DNA of 64,000 nucleotides from Octopus sinensis (Eukaryota): NCBI RefSeq assembly GCF_006345805.1, contig NC_043018.1, positions 14,446,001 to 14,510,000 of the forward strand, read 5' to 3'. Shown piece by piece: positions 1 to 11,454 of this stretch (position 1 is its first letter; each line of letters starts with the position of its first letter). The notes under the pieces were generated by a model. It saw only the letters and a program-made list of their open reading frames with translations, ran no database searches and was not told where the DNA came from. The position numbers and the translations under genes were made by a program.

Positions 1-1447
1 ACATATTGGCGCAGGTTATGACTATGTGTTATAAAGAGACTGTGAATAAGTCCCAGGCTTACAAAGAATGGGTGAGGGGTCGAGTTCTTCGATAAAAAGT
101 CGCTACTGTCAAAATGAGTGAAATAATTAAAATAACATAAAACAATGTGAGTGTGTGGTGGTGTGAATTTGTCCCCCACCGACACTGCTACACAGCCAAC
201 CGGTGTTGTTGGTGTGTATACGACCTCGTAAATTGGTGATTCAGCACAAGAGTCCGAAAGAATAGTACTAGTCTTCAACAACTAAGATCTGGGATCGATT
301 TCTCCGACTAAAACCTTTCAACTTGGTGCTAGTGAAATGACGGAAACCTTTCAAGAATAAAAGAATATATATTTTCACCGGTATTTTACGATATCTTAAC
401 TGCTTCCTTCTACAGAGTGATATTCTTTTCGACTCTAGGTACAAGGCCCGAAATGTTTGGGGAGGAGGTTAGTCAATTAGATCGATCTCAGTACGCAACT
501 GGTACTTCATTTATCGACCCCTTAAAGGATGAAAGGCAAAGTCATCGAAAATTTGCAGAGAATGTAATACCTTCGTAATTATAAACGAACTCTCCAATCG
601 AATTCGCAACGGCGTCCGGCATGAACAACCCTGGAGTACTTTCAGACTTCTTCAACCATAATTCCAGCAAACTGTGTTGTTGTTGTTGTTAGTGTTGCTG
701 ATGCAGCTGCCTCCTTCTTCTTCTTCTTCTTCTCTTCTTCTTCTTCTTCTTCTTCTTCTTCTTCTTCTTCTTCTTCTTCTTCTTCTTCTTCTTCTTCTTC
801 TTCTTCTTCTTCTTCCAATCAGGACTCACGCCATTAGCCACAAGGAACAATCTCTAATTCGAGCCGTACTCTAAGCTACTAAGAATGCGTGTGGTAACTT
901 GAAGATCCACCCACCACACACGATAGACTGGTGGTTGCACGGGCGTGAAAGCTACGTTGTTATCCTCATTCCGTAAACGGTGGCTTTTAACGGGTGGAGT
1001 GCTGAACCATCCTGGGGTACAGAGGATTCGCAATCTAGACTAGGGTCTGAAAGTTTACCACACCATAGTGGGTTACACCATTGTTCCTCTGCTTTGTGGC
1101 AGAAGTCACTTCCGACTACCAACAGGCGACACTTCAACGCATTCTTTATTTTTTCAACGCCATATACAATCCGGATTTTTAATTATATTATATTTTCTTA
1201 ATAGTTGAGAAATTTGAGGAAATACATTTAGCAATCATTAAAAGAACAGAAAATATGACTGGTACTGATTTCGGTTCTTGCTGTTATTGAGTTCAAATTG
1301 CATCAGCATCTATACTTCAATCGACGTCGATAATAACAAAACATGAGCTTCATCTAATCCCTCTCTTAGAATTTGCTTGCTTTCTCCCTAAAGGAGAAAA
1401 CAAACTTATTAATTAATTTTTTAAACTTCCAACTATATTTTTTCCAG

Positions 1448-1655
1448 GGTCAAACGTAAGCAGATTGCTACACTTATATGTGTAAATGGACCCTGTAAAC
1501 CAAATAATGCTTGCTGCGGAAACTGGAGATGTCAATGTAACTCTGGCCTGACCTGCTTTTGTGCATCTAAGAATATGAGCCGTGTGACGAATGCCGGTAT
1601 ACTGCAAACTGTAATGGTTTTTCTGATTTTTCTTGTAAATTTACCATCTTATTGA
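1448..1655 (+). CDS. Terminal exon A of knottin/agatoxin-like precursor with GPI-like tail (5' exons outside window)
   Basis: Acceptor ttttttccag|G, phase 2. Translates VKRKQIATLICVNGPCKPNNACCGNWRCQCNSGLTCFCASKNMSRVTNAGILQTVMVFLIFLVNLPSY*. 8 Cys with spacing C-x4-C-x5-CC-x4-CxC-x5-CxC; paralogous to the exons at 11235, 22926, 25353 and 28261. Confidence 0.85.
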
Positions 1656-1791
1656 CGTTCTGCAAAAGTACACTCAACTACAAGAAGAACATCAACAAAG
1701 GGCTGTAACCGATGCTGTTTCAATTCTTGTAACTCTGCTTTGCCTGTTACTACTACTACTACTAATAATAATAATACTACTACTACTACTT

Positions 1792-1836
<45 letters not shown>

Positions 1837-1866
1837 TTTTATATCCTATAACAATAGAAAACTACG

Positions 1867-1872
1867 AATAAA
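1867..1872 (+). terminator. Poly(A) signal after exon A
   Basis: AATAAA in the conserved ctacgAATAAAtttcatg context about 210 nt after the stop. Confidence 0.6.
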
Positions 1873-2588
1873 TTTCATGGAACACTGAAATATAAAACAT
1901 TAACAAGCAGAAGTCTGATTCTGTAATTTATCCTGGAGAGGAATTCACGTGCGTTGCACCAAGAACTGAAAATAGTAAAACAAGAGAAAATCTGCAAACC
2001 ATAATCTACAACTGTGACTTTTCTTACAAACATAAATTAATACGACGAATACATTTAATATCTAATATATTTATGCTATTAATCCGTCAAATTTTAATGA
2101 AATTCCAATGAAATAAAAATATTAAAGCATCGCAAGTACTTGATGTTTCGTTATTTGCTGTGCTATTTGTTTTAATCTATTGAAACGGTAAGAAAATCTC
2201 AGTGCTTCGTTCTTCGCTGTGGGTTGGCCTTTAAATATGTATATGGATGTTAAGATTTTACATTGCAATGTCACACAATATTATTGTAAAGAAAGAGAGA
2301 GAGAGAGGAGAGAGATGGAGAGGGGAGGGAGCGATGGTCCACATACCCCAGAAATAAACATGTTCTCAGTCGCATCCCGCGGTGATTGGTGAGATGACGT
2401 AGCTGCAGAGAATGGCCAACGACCTTTGTTGCAGCTGCCACGCCACATCCCGTGTTGCACTTGGTTTGATGAGGATTTTTCTGTAATTCCTTGAAAGTTG
2501 GACGACCACGAAGTCTCGTACATTTTCTTGCAATATTGTAGAAAAAATGTCAAATAATGACACCCACACATACATACACTTACACATG

Positions 2589-2622
<34 letters not shown>

Positions 2623-2639
2623 GTAGGTGCATTAGGCAT

Positions 2640-2860
2640 AATAAAAAAAATATTCAGACAAATAAATAACAAAACACCAGGACTACAAACACATATAACA
2701 TACAGAAAGTTGCACTACTAGGCACTGCACACATCCTACGCAGAACACTTTCCATACAAAACATCAGAGCATCAAAACAAATCACAGCCACATACCCAAG
2801 GCACACAGAGCTGCACTCGGTAGTGGAGTTAAAATATATGCTTAAAAAATAATATTACTG
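2640..2860 (+). mobile_element. 3' end of R4/Dong-like (RLE) non-LTR element
   Basis: QKVALLGTAHILRRTLSIQ C-terminal motif followed by a (TAA)n tail. Confidence 0.7.
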
Positions 2861-2898
2861 AATAATAATAATAATAATGATAATAATAATAATAATAA

Positions 2899-2929
<31 letters not shown>

Positions 2930-3112
2930 AAGAAGAATATAATAATAATAATAATAATAGTAATAATAATAATAATATAATAATAATAATAATAGTAATA
3001 ACAATAATAATAATAATAGCAATAATAATAATACCAATAGTAATAGTAATAATAATAATAATAGTAATATTAATTGTAATAATAATTATAATAACAACAA
3101 CAACATCAACAG

Positions 3113-3145
<33 letters not shown>

Positions 3146-3148
3146 TAA

Positions 3149-3186
<38 letters not shown>

Positions 3187-3295
3187 ATAGAAAACAACAA
3201 CAACAACAATAAATACAACAAAATTACAATAACATCAATAATAACAATAACAACCATAACAACAATAACAATAACAACAAACAATAACAATAAAC

Positions 3296-3393
<98 letters not shown>

Positions 3394-3395
3394 TG

Positions 3396-3426
<31 letters not shown>

Positions 3427-3461
3427 CAATAATAATAATAACAATAATAATAATAATAATG

Positions 3462-3546
<85 letters not shown>

Positions 3547-3557
3547 TAATGACGATA

Positions 3558-3588
<31 letters not shown>

Positions 3589-4153
3589 CAATGATGATGA
3601 CGATGACGATGACGACGATGATGATGATGATGATGATGACGATGATGATGACGATGATGATGATGATGATGATGACAATGATAATGACGATGACGATGAC
3701 GACGATGATGATGATGATGATGATGACGATGATGATGACAATGACGATGACGATCATGACGATGACGATCATGACGATGACGATGACGATGATGATGATG
3801 ATGATGATGATGACGAAGACGACAACGACGACAACGACGACGACGATGATGATGATGATGATGATGACGATGATGACGATGGCGATGACGGTGATGACGA
3901 TGACGATGACGATGATGACGATGACGATGACGATGGCGATGTTGATGACAATGACGATGACGATCATGACAATGACGATGAGGATGACGATGACTATGAT
4001 GACGATGACGATGACGATGACGACGACGATGACGATGATGATGATGATGACGATGACGATGACGATGACTATGATGACGATGATGATGATGATGACGATG
4101 ACGATGACGATGACGACGACGATGACGATGACGATGACGACGACGATGACGAC

Positions 4154-4185
<32 letters not shown>

Positions 4186-4295
4186 TGATGATGATGGTGG
4201 TGGTATTGGTGGTGGTGGTGTGGGTGGTGGTGGTGGTGGTGGTGGTGATGGTGGTGGTGGTGATGGTGATGGTGATGATGATGATGATGATGATG
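2842..4295. repeat. 1.45-kb compound trinucleotide microsatellite
   Basis: Successive AAT, AAG, AAT, AAC/AGC, AAT/GAT, GAT/GAC and GGT blocks. Confidence 0.95.
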
Positions 4296-4309
4296 GGAGT
4301 CCATGTGAA

Positions 4310-4515
4310 AAAACGTTTGCAGGCCGGGAGAAATGCTTAGCGGTATTTCATCTGTCTTTACGGTCTGAATTCAAATTCCGCCAAGGTCGACTTTGCCTTT
4401 CATTGATTCGGAGTCGATAAATTAACTACCAATTTCGTACTAGGGTCGATCTAATCGACTGGCCCCCTCACCCAAAATCTTGGGCCCTGTGTCTTGAGCA
4501 GAAAAGAAGGATTTT
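4310..4515 (+). mobile_element. SINE family 3 (gaaatgcttagcggtatttc...gtcgactttgcctttcat)
   Basis: Recurrent; fragments at ~430-545, 9140-9360, 16740-16940, 19540-19745, 30290-30470, 37720-37845 and in each cassette. Confidence 0.7.
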
Positions 4516-5394
4516 AGTCTGGTCGCTATTTGTTAGTCGAGCTACCGGTAAATAATGTAGACTGGTACTACCTGCGGCATCCAGCAGAGAGAAATAATTC
4601 TGTGTGGAAGAGAAGGAAACAGAATGTGAAGAAAAAGATTCTGTTGAAAAAATTTTGTTGTGACACATAGTTGAAAAAAAAAATTCTGCGTGTGGAAGAA
4701 AAAGAAATTAAAAAAAGATGTGGAAAGATGAAAAAAATCTCAAAGGCAGAGGTGTTGTGGCGGATACCCCTAAGTGAAGTCATAAAGCTCGTCCAATATG
4801 CAGTTTTAAATCCAGTGTGAGCTGTGCTGCAAAGAGGTGTTACGAACCGATTTTGCTTATTCAATTATCTGTAACTCAACGACTCGAGGACATCTGGAAT
4901 CTTACTTCGTGACACATATATGTTGCTCTGACATGTGTGAAGAAATAGCATCGAAGTTCATACGTGATATATGGAAATAATTCCACAATATTTCATGAAA
5001 AATATGGCGTCGACTTTTGCATCTGAGTGATTTTTTTATAGGAGTATACACGGTAATTCATATGTAACTAGATACACAACATAAGGTGGTCATAAATGAA
5101 AAATGTCATTGACCATATGTCATCTGGATTGGGAATAACATGGGTCTGAACAACAAATTTGATTTTTGCATCGAGTTTTAGGAATCAATTATATATTGGC
5201 GTGGTAAAAAATACAACATATAAGCATTATCGTGTTTCAATCCCAAATTTTGACGTCTCCCAAGGTGAACGTTGGCGTAACTTGGGACATAAATTTGATA
5301 TAGCTTCTAATGACGTTTTCTATTCACTATTTCACACAGCTGTTGCGTAACAAGAGTTTGTAAATATTGAATCAAATCGTATAAATCATGCTGT

Positions 5395-5421
5395 TGTATA
5401 TATATGTATATATACATTTAT

Positions 5422-5455
<34 letters not shown>

Positions 5456-5491
5456 GATATAGGGTAGATATACATTTATATATATATATGC

Positions 5492-5555
<64 letters not shown>

Positions 5556-5620
5556 TTATATATATATATATATATAGATATATTACACATATATATAATA
5601 TATATTATATGTATAATACA

Positions 5621-5677
<57 letters not shown>

Positions 5678-5872
5678 TATATATATATGCATTTAATATA
5701 TATATATAATATTATATATATTTATATATATATAATATATATATATTATAAGATGATTATATATAATATATTATATATATAGATATATATATATATACAC
5801 ATATATATATAATATATATATATATGTATATAATTTATATATATATGCATTATAGATATATATAGATATATA

Positions 5873-5970
<98 letters not shown>

Positions 5971-5971
5971 T

Positions 5972-6020
<49 letters not shown>

Positions 6021-6055
6021 GTATATAATATATATATTTATATTTATATATATTT
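5395..6055. repeat. (TA)n tract
   Basis: ~660 bp of interrupted TA; other dinucleotide/tetranucleotide tracts at ~18686-18800, 29960-30280 and 62080-62330. Confidence 0.95.
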
Positions 6056-7100
6056 TAAATGAATATTCGAAAGTGTATATGTGTGTAAACATAAAATATA
6101 AAGTGACCAAATTCAGAAAAACCAAAGGAAACGACAGCTCGAGTAAGGACGTTTTTAAAGCTGTTCACTGAATAACTAACACTCACAACCATCATCAACC
6201 AGTTTCGGCTTTGCACCTGAGAAAGACTACTGAGCTCTTTGTATAATACCGTTCGAATCTAACAAGTATGTAAACATTTAAATTATTCATTGTGGCTGTT
6301 TGTGATTAAGTAATAGCAATAGACAGAGTATGTTATGGTAATGATGATGGTGGTAGTGGTAGAGCTTAAGCCGTTTGTAATTGCCGTATGTGTTACCAAT
6401 GCATAACTTCTTCTGGTATAAGTTGTATACCTGGAGTACCTGTTCATCGATTCTTTGCCTAGTTCTTCTTGCCGAGATTAGTAGCTGAATAGATAAAAGA
6501 AATAGAGAGGCCGTTAATTAAAATTCATACGTAATATTATGCTCTTTCAGATAGTGTTGTATTTCAGAAAAGGTCGATTGCGTAAGTTTGTGTGCGCAGA
6601 TCAAATGACACATGTGTTTAACAGCAAACAATTATGTTTACTCAGGTATGGTGTTAGATACTGCAGGTGCAACACGTTAATCAAATATGCAGTGAAATGT
6701 GCAGCAAAGACAGATTTGTGTTATAGAAAATAGAGAAAAAATACTTTTGACAGTGTACATTTCACAAAGAACATTCTGTCAGATGCAAAGTGACAAGCCT
6801 TACATATTGTTTGGCGACAGAAAGAAATATAATAATATAGAAGTCAGAAAACCTTGAAGTAAGAAAATCATCATTCAGTGTTAACAGTAGGGAGAATGTT
6901 ACGGACAAACGCTTCGAAGCCGTCGTCTTCACCAAAAATATACTTAGATTCGTATTTTTGGTGCAATTAAATCTACATTAGTACTATTGGTTGCAATTAA
7001 TTAGCTATATTACTAATTGTTTAAATGGTAAATCTTGGATTTTCAGAACAGCTAAAAGATAATTGTTACCTAAACTTCAGCTGTAGACTTCTGCTTCTTT

Positions 7101-7157
7101 GTAAGAAAAAAATGCTTTTCTATAATGACCCTCGCTGCTATATTTGTCTATCATCAG
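7101..7157 (+). other. Putative 57-nt 5'UTR intron
   Basis: gtaaga...atcatcag ending 7 nt before the ATG; the paralog has the same length and ends (31664-31608). Confidence 0.45.
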
Positions 7158-7164
7158 GTGCGTG

Positions 7165-7227
7165 ATGAAAGGCATCAGTGTCCTATTGTTTTGTGTATTC
7201 ATTCATACACCTTCTCGGTTAAACACA
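7165..7227 (+). CDS. Exon 1 (signal peptide) of plus-strand knottin gene; 1 nt short as assembled
   Basis: ATGAAAGGCATCAGTGTCCTATTG...CACA|gtaagt, near-identical to the intact exon at 31600-31537 but missing one T (ATTCATAC vs ATTTCATAC). Restoring it gives MKGISVLLFCVFISYTFSVKH, phase 1. Confidence 0.7.
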
Positions 7228-7861
7228 GTAAGTATAATTGTAAAATTCTTTTATTTTATAATAATGTGAAATGTAGTGGGGAAAAAGGGGGAGGAAAAAT
7301 AGAAATGGGAAAAGAGGAAAATGAATAACGCTACCTCAGCGGTCTTTCGGTTATACTCCATTTATATGTTTTAACAGCTTTCAAATAAATAACTCACTTT
7401 TTATATACACTACTCTTAGACCGAGTATACGGATTACGCTTCTTCTATAATATATGACATTTAATTAACAATATAACTGACGAATCTTTTATATACAAAT
7501 CGAGAAGAATTCTAGTGGTGTGCTCTCATCTGTTACTCCTGTATTTGATCAGAACGTAAGCACGAACGCAATTCCTCTAAGCATATTTTGTCGAGCTAAC
7601 GATTCTTTCACACACGCCGACGCCTTTAGAAATTTTCATTATTAAATAATTAAGGAAGAGAATCAGCAAATGATGTATATAATGTTTTATGTGTTGTTTT
7701 GTTGTTTTTGCCATCCTTTTTATTGCTCTTTTTGGTTTTTATCTCTTTTATGTATTAAAAACATCCATCACTACAGAGATGAGCCATATTTAAGTGTAGG
7801 AGTGAGGAAATTCGAGTTCCGGTCGTCATGATCTCCATCTTGTTTCAGATGGTGTTACCAT

Positions 7862-8955
7862 AAATACATTCTCTCTATTCAATGAATATACATTATCCTC
7901 CATTTGATACATTCTCCTCTATTCAATGAATTATACATTATCCTCCATTTGATACATTCTCCTCTATTCAATGAATTATACATTATCCTCCATTTGATAC
8001 ATTCTCTCTATTCAATGAATTATACATTATCCTCCATTTGATACATTCTCCTCTATTCAATGAATTATACATTATCTTCCATTTGATACATTCTCTCTAT
8101 TCAATGAATTATACATTCTCCTCATTTGATACATTCTCCTCTATTCAATGAATTATACATTATCCTCCATTTGATACATTCTCCTCTTTCAATGAATTAT
8201 ACATTATCCTCCATTTGTACATTATCCTCTATTCAATGAATTATACATTATCCTCTATTGATACATCCTCTATTCAATGAATTATACATTATCCTCCATT
8301 TGATACCTTCTCCTCTATTCAATGAATTATTACATTATCCTCCATTTGATACATTCTCCTCTATTCAATGAATTATACATTATCCTCCATTTGATACATT
8401 CTCCTCTATTCAATGAATTATACATTATCCTCCATTTGATACATCTCCTCTATTCAATGAATTATACATTATCCTCCATTTGATACATTCTCCTCTATTC
8501 AATGAATTATAAACATTACTCCATTTGATACATTATCCTATTCAATGAATTATACATTATCCTCCATTTGATACATTCTCCTCTATTCAATGAATTATAC
8601 ATTATCCTCCATTTGATACATTCTCCCTATTCAATGAATTATACATTATCCTCCATTTGATACATTCTCCTCTATTCAATGAATTATACATTATCATCCA
8701 TTTGATACATTCTCCTCTATTCAATGAATTATACATTATCCCTCCATTTGATACATTCCTCTATTCAATGAATTATACATTATCCTCCATTTGATACATT
8801 CTCCTCTATTCAATGAATTATACATTATCCTCCATTTGATACATTCTCCTCATTCAATGAATTATACATTATTCCTCATTTGATACATTCTCCTCTATTC
8901 AATGAATTATACATTATCCTCCATTTGATACATTCTCCTCTATTCAATGAATTAC
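7862..8955. repeat. 45-bp minisatellite, ~24 copies
   Basis: Unit ttgatacattctcctctattcaatgaattatacattatcctccat with scattered 1-nt indels; in intron 1 of the plus-strand knottin gene. Confidence 0.95.
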
Positions 8956-9051
8956 CTGTTGAGTGCTTCCTGGGTATTTTGTGTATTTCTACACGAAATA
9001 TCGGTAAATGGATATTTACTTCTTCCATATATATTTTAATATCTCTTTTAG

Positions 9052-9100
9052 ATGTCGCTCCCTTCCATCAAGAGACAAGTTTGAGTGAAATGACTGAAAG
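9052..9100 (+). CDS. Exon 2 (propeptide) of plus-strand knottin gene
   Basis: atctcttttag|AT GTC GCT...GAA AG|gtaaga; 49 nt, phase 1 to phase 2; (N)VAPFHQETSLSEMTE(S). Homologous, including flanking introns, to 30583-30523. Confidence 0.75.
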
Positions 9101-10257
9101 GTAAGAACAACATATCTACGTCTCTTACAAATGTAATTAATTTAGTATTGGCAAGGTGGGAAGTTGGCAGAATTGTTAATACTCTGGATAGTTCTTCCGG
9201 CCTTATGTTTTGAGTTGAAATGTTGCCGATGTCGACCGCGCCTTTCATTATGTCTGGGTCGATGAAATAAATACTAGTTGAGAAGTAGGGTCGATGGAAA
9301 AGTGTAACACCCGCCATCAACCATGCGGGCCTTGTGCCTTTCGTAGAAAAGGCTATGAGCATTGGGACTGTTTCCAAATTACAGTTTCTGGATAACAGAA
9401 AATCTGAAAAGGGAACATATGAAGCGAGTTATACTGAAAAGACAATTTTTTCATGAGTAAAAATGAAATGATGTTTCAGCTGACAAAGATTACTGCTGTT
9501 ATTTGTCAACAAGAACTTCCGGTGGTGTATATTTCGTTTGTCACTGTTATTTATGACAACCCTAACCCTAAAACCCTAACCCTAACCCTAAAAACTTAAA
9601 GCTAAAACCAGCACATACGTACGGACGACGTCATAAATAACAGTGACAAATGAAAAATACACCGCCGATAGTAGTTGACAAACAACGGTAGAAACTTTAA
9701 TCAGCTGAATACACGTCATTGATTGGTTGAAATTACCGAAATACGAGAACTTTAACGTGAAATAACTTCGTAAATATAAGTTTTTCTCCAAAATGCTAAC
9801 AGTAAAACATGTTTTATATGACAGGTTTTACTAGTGTCCGAAGTTTGAAAGTGTTTAGTTACAAAAAACTATTTTTTAAATCTTTCGGTCAAAAGGTAAA
9901 GATCCGAAATTTATTCCTTTAGGTCAAAATAGTGACGATAATTGGAACACAGGCAGTCAATAAGTGTGACATTGGAATTCTTGATATATACTTATATACC
10001 AAGTCGTTTACAAATTCGAGAAAATACACTAAGTAATAATAGTTAAAAGAAAATAAAGAATTGACTTGTGGTACTTGTTTCGGATCTGCATGTTGTGAGT
10101 TCAAGCCCCGTCAGATTCTTTAGTTTTATCGACGTCGATAAAATAAACACCATTATCGTTTAATCCCTCTTCTCCATACATTTCCTTGCCTTTTCTTTTA
10201 ATGAGACACCATAATTCAATAATATTTTGTATTCTCCACTATATTTTGTATTTAAAG

Positions 10258-10441
10258 TGAAAGATAATCGACGATGTGGATGTTGTCCCGGTTACAAATG
10301 TTCACGTATAGAAAATTATTGCCTCTGTTATAAGGACAGAAGGTAACACCTGGTTCTCGGACCATGATTCACGTGACTAATAACATTATAGTCCAAACCG
10401 TAATCGCCTTTCTGGTTTTTTCTCGTAAATTTACCATCTAA
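10258..10441 (+). pseudogene. Degenerate terminal exon B' (6-Cys relic plus frameshifted tail relic)
   Basis: tttaaag|TG AAA GAT AAT CGA CGA TGT GGA TGT TGT... gives KDNRRCGCCPGYKCSRIENYCLCYKDRR* (stop 10344-10346). A tail relic SRTMIHVTNNIIVQTVIAFLVFSRKFTI* follows in another frame (10355-10441). Out of phase with exon 2. Confidence 0.65.
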
Positions 10442-10574
10442 TTGGCGTGCTGCTCTGGTTGAAGTTTGAAGATAAACTACAGACGTAAGATTGTTTTATT
10501 GATGGCGGAAAATCGATGAGAAGAATGCAGACAAAACAGCAAAAATACACTCAACAACACAAGATCAACAACAT

Positions 10575-11080
10575 GCTGCTACTATACTTCTATCTTCCTA
10601 CCCCCTCCTCATTCACCCCACCCTTCATCCTCCTCCTCCTCCCCACCACCCTCCACCTCCACCCTTCTTCTCCTTCCCTTTTATCCTTACTTCCCCTTCG
10701 TCATCCTACTCCCCTTTTCATTCCTACTCCCCTTCTAATCCTCATTCTTCCCCCTTCATTCTCTACTACTTCTTCTTCCCTCCCTTCATCCTCCTCCTTC
10801 CATCCCTCTTACTCCTCCTTCCCCTTCCTCCTCCTCCTTCCCTTCTTTCTCCTCCTCCGTCCCTCCTCCTCCTTCCCTCTCTCTTGCTCCTTCTCCAACC
10901 CACTTCCTCCTCTTCGTCCTCCTCCCCCCTTCATCCTCCTCCTCCTCCATACTTCCTCCTCCTCTCCCATTCATCCTCCTTATTCCCTCCCCACTTCTCC
11001 CTCCTCTCCACTTCCTCCTCCTCCCCACTTCCCCCGCCTTCCCACTTCCTCATCCTCCTCCTCATCCTCCTCCTCTTACC
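10575..11080. repeat. (CCT/CTT) polypyrimidine tract in B' 3' region
   Basis: ~500 bp of almost pure C/T, at the position of the (CTA)n/(CTG)n tract in the other copies. Confidence 0.9.
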
Positions 11081-11119
11081 TAATCAATCGGCAAATCATA
11101 TAACAGTAGAATAACTACG

Positions 11120-11125
11120 AATAAA
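11120..11125 (+). terminator. Poly(A) signal after B'
   Basis: Same conserved ctacgAATAAAtttcatg context. Confidence 0.5.
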
Positions 11126-11234
11126 TTTCATGAAACCGGGAAATATAAAACATTAACGAGCTTTTCCTTCTTCCTTAATGAGAAACCTTAATTTCATATC
11201 TTTCTTCATTTCCTGCTATCTTCTGTTTTCACAG

Positions 11235-11454
11235 TAACAAAAAGAAGGAAGCTGGTACTACGTGTGTAAAATTATCCTGTAACCCTCATGGATATGAGCC
11301 AAAACCTCCTTGCTGCGACGGCTTGAAATGTATGTGTATTTTTGTCCAAGGCTGCCTTTGTAAGTCTCAGACTATGATCCATATGACGAATACCGGTATA
11401 CTCCAAACTGTAATGGTTTTTCTGATTTTTCTTGTAAATTTACCATCTTATTGA
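11235..11454 (+). CDS. Terminal exon B: 8-Cys knottin core plus GPI-like tail
   Basis: ttctgttttcacag|T, phase 2; NKKKEAGTTCVKLSCNPHGYEPKPPCCDGLKCMCIFVQGCLCKSQTMIHMTNTGILQTVMVFLIFLVNLPSY*. In frame with exon 2 at 9052-9100. Confidence 0.85.

Larger units (their letters stand above)
1..2290 (+). repeat. Inverted copy of the cassette (matches ~27340-29953 reversed); its 3' part also recurs directly at ~11410-12400
   Basis: Bases 1-120 are the reverse complement of ~29835-29953; colinear throughout apart from a ~330-bp deletion near 1105. Confidence 0.9.

Noticed and set aside
2829-4340. Long ORFs of poly-H/R/Y, poly-I and poly-M/T
   Set aside because: Translations of trinucleotide microsatellites; the same applies to the (TA)n, (CATA)n, (AAT)n and (CCT)n ORFs throughout the track.
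6105-6369. Two-exon model ...[11 protein letters not shown](E)|VCYGNDDGGSGRA* in the upstream block
   Set aside because: No start or signal, weak donor that is lost in the 40.4-kb copy, low-complexity sequence, and it lies upstream of the true exon 1.
6373-6462. Cys-rich frame VCNCRMCYQCITSSGISCIPG (Ly6-like start)
   Set aside because: Only five Cys, not conserved in the paralogous blocks at 41.9 kb and 34.8 kb, no partner exons.
7862-8955. CRISPR-like array
   Set aside because: Head-to-tail units with no unique spacers, eukaryotic context, no cas genes.
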